The position numbers were made by a program, and so were the translations under genes. The notes under the pieces are model-generated. The model saw only the letters and a program-made list of their open reading frames with translations. It was not told where the DNA came from and did no database searches. From positions 128,017 through 192,016 of the forward strand of contig NMRA01000603.1 of assembly GCA_002633005.1 (NCBI GenBank): a stretch of DNA of 64,000 bases, written 5' to 3'. This document shows, in pieces, positions 1 to 11,629 of this stretch; position 1 is the stretch's first letter; each line of letters begins with the position of its first letter. This DNA comes from Phoronis australis. Its lineage: Eukaryota > Animalia > Phoronida.

Positions 1-21
1 GAGAGAGAGAGAGAGAGAGAG
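1..21. repeat. (GA)n microsatellite, possibly a (TC)n retrotransposon tail on -
   Basis: GA repeat; on - it is preceded by AATAAAAGAT. Confidence 0.8.
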
Positions 22-3000
22 AATCTTTTATTTTTTTAAATCGTGAAAAACATTCGTTGTTAATATATGACTGGGTGGCCAGCAAAGTCACGGGCCGCTA
101 ATACCTGACCACCAAGTAACAATGAATTATATAGATATTAACAATTAAGAAGAACAATATACGTATGTATCAACAGAAATAAGTACATCTACAATGAAAT
201 AAGATACAATCAAATGCCTACATGGCAGAGACACTTTGCGGCCCGTTTGTTAGGGTTAATCGGCAAAAGATTTGAACTTCTGGTGATAAAATGTTCCTTC
301 GAATGGAACGTGGTGCCACGTGAACATTGAAATTGGCAAAATAAAGATTGCAACTCACCCTTACAAACAATCCCAAAAAACATGCACAAATTGTGAAAAT
401 ATCCATCTTGTTGACGCATGTCTTTTCGACTTTGGCAGTGCTGGAGTCGGGTAGCGGTGGTGATTTTTCATCTAACACAGAATACATCTTTCACAACTGT
501 AAAACGACAATCATGACACATAGGTAGAAAACAATAACGAATGTTAACAATCTTCTTTATGCAAGAGCATTGGGTAAAATTACTACACACGAAGCAAACG
601 TGTTCAACGACAGGCAAGGGAGGGAAGCAATTGCTGATAAGTAGCTTTTATGAAAACAGTAAACCGAATTTTGATGTTTCAATTCTAAAATCTCCTCGAC
701 AACTTTCTCGACAAATGGCCATAATAAATAGCACCTTACCCTAACCAATGCATACATAAAACTTAAACAAAGTTTGTCTCATGAGATACACTTTGTAATG
801 CCTTTGGAACATTCGTGTGCGCAAATGTTTCCAGAAGCCAGCAATGAATAAACCACTGCGTAACCGGCTTCAGACACAGTAAAGGTAATTGACCGGGCAC
901 CGAAGCCGTGTGAGCGCATGCTAATTCAGTGTTTGCTGACAGAAAGCTGTTGTGAAACAATAACTCGGTTTTACATGCTATCCTCACATTCTAGGGGAAT
1001 CTTTATTTAGATATAGACATACATTATTTTCAACGTTGTTACTGTACAACTTTTGCCATGACGGTTCTGTAAATGGGCAACTCGGACTTCCTGGCCCCCG
1101 ACAAGTAAGTAAATTTGCAGTTTTGTGGCTAATTCACCAAAATAATTACGTGCACATTATTTCTTTCGCATATTAGTATAGTCTTTTCGTAACTGGAGGT
1201 TTAGTTTCCAACTTAAGCTGGTTTATGTTCGTGATGTCCAGTCCCGGCGGCCGCGACGGGCCTAAACGGGTTCCGAGGCACTGTCTGGGATAACAAGCGT
1301 TTTGTGCGTTTAGAACTGAAAAAATCGCAAGTCTAAAAGTACAACACACAGATAACTTTCATGTCTGTATTTCACGGAAGAATGATTCGAATTTATCAAC
1401 AAACAGACTCAAACTCCTACGATCGACTCTAATAACTTGGCCTACCGAACCTAGGAGTCTACACGCCTTGATCGAACTGTGTAGGCTACCGTGCGTTCAA
1501 ATACCTATAAATCCGTAACAGTGAAATGAAACAACACGTTTGTTTAAGAACTCGGTGTATTTGCAAGGGTTTTACATCGAAATTTGATGAATTATTGGTG
1601 TAAAACGATGCATTCAAGCGATAAGGTGACACCACTAAGCGTGTTGTGAAAGGTTGAACAGACTGCGTTCGAACCGATTACGTCATTGGTTAATTTCAAC
1701 ACCTCCGTCTGCCATTCGGTGTCAGGTTAAACAACTGAACTTGCTGTTATCGAGTGAAACTACTCGATCTAAATTGATACAAAATAGGTTGTTTTTGGGT
1801 GGCATACTCCTTTAAGCTCAAACACCTATTTGTAAATAAGCATTGCCAATGATCATGAACTTTGTTAGTTGGCTTCCTGAGGAAAATGTGGCATCTGTTC
1901 AGTGGTGGATTTAGAAGGGGGCCATGCCCCTCCTTAAATTCTCCCAGATTACATTCGATTTTCTTAAATTGATGTAATTTTCTGTTGCTTTTGTTTTCGC
2001 AAATATCCCCGAAGCCAATGTGTTGGCTTCCCCGGCTGTTGGACCACGTGACTTTTAGGTACCACTTTACCAGCAAACACAAGCATCTTATACACGTACC
2101 ACAGAAGGCTTAGACTCTATTGTACCCAAAAATGCATAGATTAGCAGTTACTGTAACAATTATCACGTTAACGGGTTTTCGAAACCAATTTGGCCATTTA
2201 GGAAAAGGAATATTATATAAGTATGCCTTTTGGCCTACATCACGGATTTTCTATACTCACTGAGGGATTCGAACGGTTAATTAGTGAAAGACTGGAAAGG
2301 GTATATTACTGGCCTTTCAAAAACATAAGTTTAGATTATAATAAGCATGAATATTAAGCTATTTCTCGACTGGAGAGGAAAGTGAAACGTAGCCGTCTTT
2401 CAAGTAGCTCGGTATTTTCTGGAAATTTACACCTCGTCTCCAACAACAGTCCAGCGCTTAACTTGCTTCTTAAATGCTTATTTTAGGAAGTTTACTCCTC
2501 GAATGTGTACATCGCCTTTTTTCTCACATTCACTCTCATGAGTTAGCGCGGCCTTGGCTTTTCCACGTCCCCTATGATATTCAATACGCCTAGCAACGAA
2601 ACACCTGATGAGTTCGTTGCCTCGATTTCATTGACTATAGGCCCTCATTATTGTAAGAATCGCCGATTTGAAATTAAATTTAAAAAACTCATTTGTAATT
2701 TGTAAATAAGTTATCACTACTCTATTCGGATGTTTAACCATGTATAGGAATACAAATGCACAGTCACATGACATTTCTAAAAATGTGCAGGTCTTGATTC
2801 ATTTTTTTCCGATTCGTTTAAAAGCAGGGGGCAATTGAGCAAAATTTTGTGTTTGGATTAATCAGTGTACTCCGACAACGGTTCCACCCATTGTACATGC
2901 ATGCTCCCGGGGAGTTCAGTGCCCGGTTGCATCAAACAGTTTTTAGTTATATCAGTAGAAAACGTAAAAGTGGTACACATAACGAAGACATAATGATAGA

Positions 3001-4061
3001 AAAATGTAAAATCTGTGAATTAACATGAGAATACTCGCCTGGTCTTTAACTACAGCAGTACACCTCTCTGACTACTTCGAAAGTGTCAACTTACCGACCC
3101 CCCCCGTTATCACTACTAGTAGTAATAGTAAACATTGGAACTTAACACCAAGCCTAGTATTCTGTACACGCTATCAGTGAATTTTTATAAAACACTTAAA
3201 GACTTTTCGTTAAAATATACAAAAACAACACAAAAAACAGTGTATGAGATGACACAGATTTTTTTCTACATCTAATATTTATGATTTTACAAAATAATAA
3301 GTTGATGTGAAGGTGGTGTATGAATACAAAACTTGTAGTAATTTTCATTACAGGCTTTGTTATTTTATAACAAACTTTTCCTTCATGCACTTTCGAGAAC
3401 GTCATGATATTCTCGTATTAGTGGATATAATAGTTTTACAGCTATATCATATATTGAGAACTGTTTCAGTTGTGCAATTGCATGTCCCAGTAGTTGGTTA
3501 AGCAGACGTCACTGGTGTCATCCATTTAAATGAACACCTGTGAATAGATCAAGACACAAAATAATGTCAGTCTTTAATAAAATTGCCAATTGTTGTCGAG
3601 AGAATCTTAGACATTATTAACCTAAATAAGCAATCGTGTTTATTCATTATTTATAATTTTTCATTTGAATGTGTAAACTAACAATGGTCACTACAGTGAA
3701 TTTAACCAAAGTAAACTAATTCTCCATTTTCCTACAAGTATTAAAAGAAACATTCAGAAAAAGCTTACTGTACACTTAATATGCATCCCAAAATGAGACT
3801 GAAGATAACCAAGTTGACCTGACAGGTTAGAAATACGCTGATGTCATAATTTTATAAACTATTCTTTTGTCATGGTAGAGTGCAACCTCTAAATCCATTT
3901 GACAATTCAAGGCGTTTCATTGCAACCATCATCAAAGTGTTCGATTCCAGACTATGTTTTGGCTGTACATGCTCAGTCAAACGTTCCACATATGCTTGGT
4001 TAACAACACTGAAGTGAACAGGTCAAACACACAGTTGAGTCATATGGCCCTAATTACAGTA

Positions 4062-5451
4062 CAGCCACTGAATGTTCAGACTTCGTCCGGGCTACCTCAC
4101 GCCTGGCCAGACCGGAGCGCAACCTGAACACAGGCGTGACAGAAATCATTCACGGTCGCCTCACGCCTACTCTCCGTGTAGTCCTCACGCTTTCCTCCGG
4201 TTTAGTTAACGCCTTCCTCACGCCTCGTTCACGTTTTCTTCGTGCCTCCGTCACGCTTACCTCACGCTTTCTTCACGCCTTCGGTAGCTGTGGTAACCAC
4301 GGTAGGGCACCGGACTAATCAGTAAACATACATGTGACATGTGACGCCTTCATTGCCTGTCGTATCGGTCAAGTTGCAAAAACATTATAGTATATTATAG
4401 AGTATCTTTGCAAGCGGTCTTCTATCACATTTGGGTTCCGACTAACTCTGTAATTCCACGTGTTGTTCATACAAACGTCACACTTAAATGTTCAATTTGC
4501 AACTTAAGAGCCAGTCCCATCCATGACATGCATGTACATGTACAGTGACCACGGTTAGTGAATACGAATAAACGCGACCCTGTGCCCAGATTCATCTTTA
4601 CCTGGCTGTGGACTCCTTGAAACTTGTCACAGGTGGATATAGTTAATTCGCCCTAAACATAGCCTACGCATCTTGTGAAGTATTGTGTCACTCCGTAAAT
4701 TTTTGCACCGCAGTGGCGTACAGAAAATTTCAATAGGCTGCCCTTCTGACATACCCAACCCTTACTGCAAGCAAATGTTTTGACTTAAAAGTCCTGAATC
4801 CGTAGTGCAGTTCAATTATTTGTAGCCCCCTCCCCGTAGTACATGCGTTTCGACTGAGTACACAGTATCCCCGGGGTACTTCTTCACTAAAATAATATTA
4901 GCGGTCATCTGTTTGACTCGTCAAATGCATGGGCGTGATCAGCTTTCTCCGCACGATGCCGGAACTTGGGATCAATGTGCTCAGAATTGACATACTATGC
5001 TCCTTCATATCGTGCAGGCAATTGAATAATTCCGCCATGTACACGCCTTTAAGATTCTTTATTAGTTTATATAAAAAACAAGTAATTATATATCAGTGAA
5101 AAGTAAAGTCCACAGGTCTGTTTTCTGAAGTGACTTAAGATTTGAGTCGGAAATTTTGGTGGTTTACTGCACGTGACGATTTCAAAAAAAAAATTAAACC
5201 TCACATGAGCAAAAGTCTTTGAGAATACACACATCACTGCTAGTTACTGATGTAATTTTAATAAATTATTTTATCATATGCGATGCAGGTAAACTCACGC
5301 CTAACTCACGGTAAGGTCCGGATACAGTCACACTTAGGCTCACGCCAGCTGTCACGGTTGTTTCAAGCCTCACTCTCCGATCTGTCTCCGGTTACGGTCA
5401 CGGGTGGCTAGACAGAGAGACACCGGAGGGAGTCTAATAATTCAGTGGCTG
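4062..5451. mobile_element. Non-autonomous TIR DNA element with TA flanks (Tc1/mariner-like MITE)
   Basis: TA|CAGCCACTGAAT...ATTCAGTGGCTG|TA; imperfect TIR of ~28 bp; no ORF. Confidence 0.75.
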
Positions 5452-5872
5452 TACTGCTGTACGTATTCCTTCATTTCCTGGAATCCCATGTAAAGTAGTC
5501 TGTATCCTGCATGTCTCCTTTTTTGTATTTGTTATGATAGCTTGGGTCGTGACCTACAATCACTTCAGATAGGAACTGAGACTGATTCGTATGTGACAGT
5601 GGAGATAAAACCAGGAAAAATAGATAGGGAACTTCAGTCCCAAGACAGCACCAAAATACCCCTCCAACACATAAAGTTCCGTCATTAAGAGAAGAGAAAA
5701 TAGCTATGCATGTACTCAGGGTATCTATAAGTAATTGCTCTTCAATTAAGTTCACTTAACATTAACTGAATGTGCAATCACTAATTGCTAGACTATTTGT
5801 TGTATAATGTATGTATTCAACCTCTCACAGAATTGGCCCGTTTGTCCAATACATTTCAAAATAATGAACCTT

Positions 5873-5889
5873 GAGAGAGAGAGGGAGAG

Positions 5890-5927
<38 letters not shown>
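5873..5927. repeat. (GA)n microsatellite next to an assembly gap
   Basis: Direct reading; lies on the 3' side of the LINE fragment across the gap. Confidence 0.9.
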
Positions 5928-6161
5928 NNNNNNNNNNNNNNNNNNNNNNNNNNNNNNNNNNNNNNNNNNNNNNNNNNNNNNNNNNNNNNNNNNNNNNNNN
6001 NNNNNNNNNNNNNNNNNNNNNNNNNNNNNNNNNNNNNNNNNNNNNNNNNNNNNNNNNNNNNNNNNNNNNNNNNNNNNNNNNNNNNNNNNNNNNNNNNNNN
6101 NNNNNNNNNNNNNNNNNNNNNNNNNNNNNNNNNNNNNNNNNNNNNNNNNNNNNNNNNNNNN

Positions 6162-7190
6162 GTGGCAATTTCATGTCCGGGTATTCAATACATATATACA
6201 TATTTACACGTTACAATGTTAGAGTTTCCTGTCTAATACCATAAGCCTTTAATATAAATAAGGATAGTCTTTTCAAAAGATTTCCAGAGTTTGTTTTGAA
6301 TAAGTATTTGACGTTTTCGATGTCTGTATGCTGTCGGGATATTTCTGGTAAAAAATTCTTTCTAATGTCGTTAAGTACGGGGCAGTTAAGTAATAAGTGT
6401 ATTTCGTCTTCAAATTCTGAACGGTTGCAAATTTCGCAAAGTCTATCTTCCTTTGGAATGTCATGGTGCCTTCTATTTTCAGTTGGTGTCCAGAGCACCT
6501 GAATTTGGCTAAAATTCTACGTAGAGTTGGTGGTAGACTGTAAAGATATTCTTCACAAGATAAATTTGTTTTGATAATAGAGTAAATTGAGCACTTGCTA
6601 GAGCTCTGCACTGATGTCCTCCATTCTTGGGCACCACAATCCAACAATCTTTGCTTAAATTCTGATATAAATAAATCAATGATACCCGGTCCACTTATCC
6701 ATACCTCCCCAAACCCGTATCTGAATAAAATATCTTTAACTGCACTGGCCCAATTTGCTAGTCCTTTTTCACAGTCTTCCCGCAGCATCCTGTAACTTTT
6801 CTTTGGGTATCTGGGGTTATTCATCTGTAGAATTTTGGTCCAGTAGATTATTGGTCTGCACAAGTATTTCACAGATAATAAATGCCTGCCGCATTCTCCT
6901 CTGGCCATAACGTTACTTGTTTTCTTTGGGACACCACCAACCCATTTACAGAAATCACTGTGAACATTTTCTATGTCTTTCGAATATACTGTACCCCATA
7001 TCTCAGCACCATATAACAATATAGGAACTACCATACTATCAAACAATTTAAAACATACATGCAGGGATCTACAATTCACTTTGGTTAAACATGCTTTTAA
7101 CATGTTCATTGCTTTTCTAGCCTGTAAAGCTGATATTCTACAATTTTCATTCCATTTTAATCTGCAAGAAAATGTAGAACCACCGTTCAT
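6162..7190 (-). mobile_element. 5'-truncated non-LTR retrotransposon (ORF2 C-terminal part, RTE-X-like)
   Basis: FDSMVVPILLYGAEIWG...ARGECGR...KFRCSGHQLKIEG, one frameshift near 6470, then RLCEICN...EDEIHLLLNCP (CCHC-like); post-RT motifs typical of invertebrate LINEs; clade name is inference. Confidence 0.85.
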
Positions 7191-7212
7191 GTGCCGACAG
7201 AGTCCCACCCCA

Positions 7213-7752
7213 CTTCACTTCAGTCGTCCATAGCAAACACAAAATTCGAGAAATTTACACAAAACAGAAGTTCAGCAAACCATGAGGAATTGTTCTTTCT
7301 CCTAACACCATTCACGGTGTCCTGCTTTACCCAATTCGCAAGAAATTCGCGGTCAAAGCACAAAAATCTTCCCAAAAAGTCCGTCTGGAGAAACTCCTTT
7401 GTAAATCAAAGGTCAAGGACGATACGGAATTATCCGATGAGTTACGGATGAACGGCAATTGCCGATTGTCACTATTTCGTAACTTTCCATGACAAATCGG
7501 CAACTGCCGTTCATCCGTAAGTCATCGGATGATTACGTAATAATCGTCCTTGACCTTCGATTTACAAAGGAGTTTCTCCAGACGGATTTTTGGGAAGATT
7601 TTTGTGCTTTTAACGCGAATTTCTTGCGAACTGGGTAAAGCAGGACATCGTGAAAGGTGTTAGGAGAAAGAACAATTCCTCATGGTATTTTGAACCTCTG
7701 TTTTGCTTAAATTTATTGATTTTTGTGTTTGCTATGGACGGCTGAAGTGAAG
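7213..7752. mobile_element. ~540-bp palindromic (foldback) MITE
   Basis: Left arm CTTCACTTCAGTCGTCCATAGC... is the reverse complement of ...GCTATGGACGGCTGAAGTGAAG; arms ~260 bp, centre ~7472-7488. Confidence 0.85.
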
Positions 7753-8265
7753 CACCCGTGGAATTTCTATTCGGGAGTGTCATATCTTGTAGTATTATAT
7801 AGTGTATTTTGGACGATCAGAAGCTAAGGACGCCTTTGTCAGGTTATCGACTCACCTTCGGCTTTGCTGGATCTGTGCAGCTGTACGAACCGGCACAAGT
7901 AGCAGCAGACAACCGCACGTTTCAAACGTACCATAAACAAGGGGAATATTATCGAAACAGTAACAATGCTCGTTTTATGAGAGAAACGGCAGACGGACCT
8001 CCGAAGCCATATAGCGCGAGAGGAATGACGACGACGGGCATGAATCGCGAACTATGACCGATCAGAGTGCAGCTGGCTAGGAAAGTTGGCACGCGAGCTG
8101 TCACGCGCTCTGTCGGCACGAGACCTGCTGCCCGGAGCTGGAGGGTACACTAATGTGTTCGTCCACTGTAACAGTGTCTCATGCAAAAAACTCAAAATTC
8201 GAATTTACTCCAAGATTATTTTTCAAAAGTGGTGAAAATCTTTATAAACGTCTTTAACGATATTC

Positions 8266-9380
8266 TTTTTTTATTTGTATTTGTATTGAAGGCCTCTGGC
8301 CCAAAGTACAATAAACAAAACAATTAATCAGGCACATTTGCACAAGCAGTCAACCCATTTTAGAGTTGTTCTTGTCTTTTAAGGGCAAAATACACATATT
8401 TAACAGCAGATATATCTGGATTAGCGAGCAGGCGTATACAGGATTCTTGAGTTGGATGCCTCCATTGAACTTCCTTCATAAAACGTGACCTAAGTTCACA
8501 ATATCCCTTGCAAACCAACAGGAAATGGTATTCATCCTCTACAAGACCATCATTGCAAGCCATACATAATCTATTGTAATATTCCACTTTCTCGTGTCTA
8601 CCCACTTCCACTTGTAGTCTGTGGTTGGAGCAACGTAAACGAGTAAACGCTTGAATAAGACTATTGTGTAGCGGTAACTTAAGATATGGTTCAAAACAGT
8701 AGATAGTCTTAAAGTTAGAGTAGAATTTAAGTTTTGCATTATGCTCAATTTCTGATCGCCAACCTTGCTTATAACAGTCATTAGCTCTTTGCGCGAAGAA
8801 ACTTAAAAACGAGACTTCGCACGTGACACCTTGATTCAACCAAATTTGATAAAAACCGTATTTTGATAGCAATTGTCTAACAGAAGATACCCAAGTATTT
8901 CTTCCATTCCTATCTAAATCAACTAAATGTCATAAGCCGCTTTAGCGTATCTAGTAGGTGGCATTTTCAATAACTTAAGCCAATATTTTACACACGTGAC
9001 ATAATACTTTGCATAGAGCGGATAAATTCCACATTCACCCAATACAGCTGTGTTTGAGCAAGAGTTTCCAACTCCAAGAGCAAGTTTACAGAATTTAACA
9101 TAAACATTTTCAAGCCATTCGTATTCTTTGAATCCCTAGATTTCCGCGCCGTAGCACATAGTTGGTACAGCAATTTTATCAAACAGTTCAAGTGATAGGC
9201 TCAATGGTAATTCCGTGCACCGGATTCTAATTTTAGAGATGGACATAGCAGCTTTACTACCTTGACGTGCCAGAGTTTTAGTGGCTTTGGACCAGACTAA
9301 TCTTGGTGCGAAAAATATTCCAAGATATTTATATTGGGAGACAACCTCCACTATTTGGTTTCCATAATAACACTTCTCGT
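8266..9380 (-). mobile_element. 5'-truncated non-LTR retrotransposon (RTE-X-like) with 9-bp TSD
   Basis: YKYLG...LFDKIAVPTMCYGAEI* (stop where Trp expected), a frameshift, then RLRCSNHRLQVEVGR...LCMACN...EDEYHFLLVC; tail AATACAAATACAAATAAAAAAA; ACGATATTC at 8257-8265 and 9381-9389. Confidence 0.9.
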
Positions 9381-10618
9381 ACGATATTCGTACCATACGT
9401 GACACAGAGTAAGTACTAAAGAGACAAAATTGGCGACAGTGGAGCATGCATGAAATAACCGAAGCTCAACTGATAATTACACTTCAACAGTTGTTCGGAG
9501 ATTTTGCATAAAAATCTTCGATTATCTTACCCGTGAAAGTGTTTTTCTTTTGCTTTTATTTTCGCAAAAATCTGCGAGGCTAATTAAACTCAACCAGATC
9601 TAAGCACAAAAGTCAAACCGACATTATCTCGAAAAAAATACCAAACCGAGTAGGTGCTTTGAAATGGGTTCTCTGTAATGAACACATTGAGGTCCCGCTT
9701 GCCAACGAGAAGAAATAAAAGAAGAAACCAATTGAACAATACCCAAAATACAAAAATTCCTACTCAGAGATCTATCCAAGAAGCGAAAATACCCACCCGT
9801 GTTAGCTGCACNCCCCGTATACCACTTCTTTGGGACAGCACCACCACTCGTGCAGAGACTCATGGTTGTAGTCAGTTGCCTGAATACATGTAAGTGTAGT
9901 CAGAGTACACACTTGATACACAAGCTCGACTTGTAGGACCAAATAGTCTGGCCTTGAGCCCGGCTTGCTTTTCCCCATTTGTGCAATGAAGAGAGTCGAT
10001 TCGATGAATTTGAAAGCCAAAATCCGAAAAAATACACCGCGACCAAATCAAATCAAAGAACTACCAACATTGCAAATATTCCCGGCAGAATCTCGCCTGC
10101 TCTTCAGTGAACCGCGGATTCAACCTATTTTCAGGGAGTACGAGCAACTCACAAATATGTAAATTATTCAATAAATTCAGCTTGAAAAACAAAATGTTAA
10201 CTAAAAAACATTTCAAAGTCATTTAAAGTATATTGTAAACGAATGTATGACAGAAAGGAAATAATAAAAATGTGAAACTATTTGTGTACACGTTAACGCA
10301 CTCTGTCCCGAAGTTCAGTAGAAGAGGACCTTTGGCAGCCGCGCATTCTCGTTGGTTCGTGTAGATAATACGTGTCCTCTACCACTTGGCGACACGCAGG
10401 GAACAAGCGAGCCGCGCATTGAACTATTTCTGTGACAAACGATACATGTAGCACGCTCAATATCTGCCATTTCAAATCATGTCCTTAGGACAAGTTCTGT
10501 TTCATTTTAACCACCAGTCTTGAGCCAGAGCAGATTCGTGCACGTACACTGTAAGCAGGCCCGTAGCCAACATTGGGCAGGGAGTGGTTCGAATTTATGG
10601 AACAGTGGACCTTTGATA

Positions 10619-11629
10619 CATAGGCGGATTTAGGGGGGGCCCAGGGGGCCCGGGCCCCCCTTGGCTGCNNNNNNNNNNNNNNNNCCCCCCCCCCCTTGGC
10701 TGCCGCAAAAAAAATAAAACAGTAAGAGCGTAGGGAAAGGGTGAGTTTATTAATTAACCCCGGTAATTAAAATTATACGGATGAAACAAGATTTAAATGT
10801 GTGCAGTTTTAGTGTTTGGAGGGGCTCAAACCCAATTTCAAGTGTCAAATTCGGAACACGGCGCATTCGTAACGGAACCATGGCTAAGTATAGGCTCTCC
10901 CGCGATATCCCAGGCGACCGGCAGTGGCGCTGCGCACTACGACTCCGTTTTCGTCGTCTGCTCCACTGTGCAATGAAGAAAATTTACTTCATTTTTTAAA
11001 TAGAATGGAACCTGAGTGACGATGAAAAAACAGAAGCTGCTGGTAAGATGTGAATTTTAATCGAAGCCTTAGTGAATCACTCAGAAACTTGCAATACTCT
11101 CTTTGTCAAACGATTTCCAAAGCAATCCCGTCATCATTGCCAACACGAAAAACGGATTTGGTCTTTTGGGCATTTGAAGACTATTTTGAATACGACAAAT
11201 TTGTTAAGAATTGATGGCACAAAATATAAAACGTGTAATAAGCATTACGAAAAGAAGTAGGTTACGCGCGCAAACGCTGTGGACCATAAACAAGTAGGTC
11301 TTTTAGTAACAGACTAGTAGTTGAATCGTGGTGGTGTAGTGGTAGCGCACGCGCTCTCTAACCAGGTGGTGAGTTCGAGTCTTTGTGACGTTTAGTTTTT
11401 CCTATTTGACACGTTTTTTTTGTTGGATAATACTTCAGGAATCAAGGAAACTGCTTGATTTTTAGAGGTAAAAACAGAAAAATTTCCTGAGCTGGAGGGC
11501 GGCAAGCCCCCCTGCCGACCTCCCCCCATTCGGTGCTATGCGCATCTACAATCGTGGTTCAGTTTGCGCAAATGCTTACAGCCGGACAAAATGTTGGGCC
11601 CCCCTTGTGATATCCTAGATCCGCCACTG
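10619..11629. mobile_element. Nested TIR element, 5-bp TSD
   Basis: TGATA|CATAGGCGGATTTAGG...CCTAGATCCGCCACTG|TGATA; absent at the matching position (~39785) of the second host copy. Confidence 0.85.
11326..11390 (+). pseudogene. tRNA-derived fragment (SINE head-like)
   Basis: A-box TGGTGTAGTGG and B-box GTTCGAGTC at tRNA-like spacing; cloverleaf incomplete. Confidence 0.5.

Noticed and set aside
4090-4300. Possible CRISPR-like or coding repeat (ORF 4136-4318)
   Set aside because: Degenerate 11-bp units without unique spacers, no cas genes, eukaryotic context
5788-6244. ORF-track entries crossing the N gap (also 54881-55811)
   Set aside because: Artefacts of N runs and microsatellites
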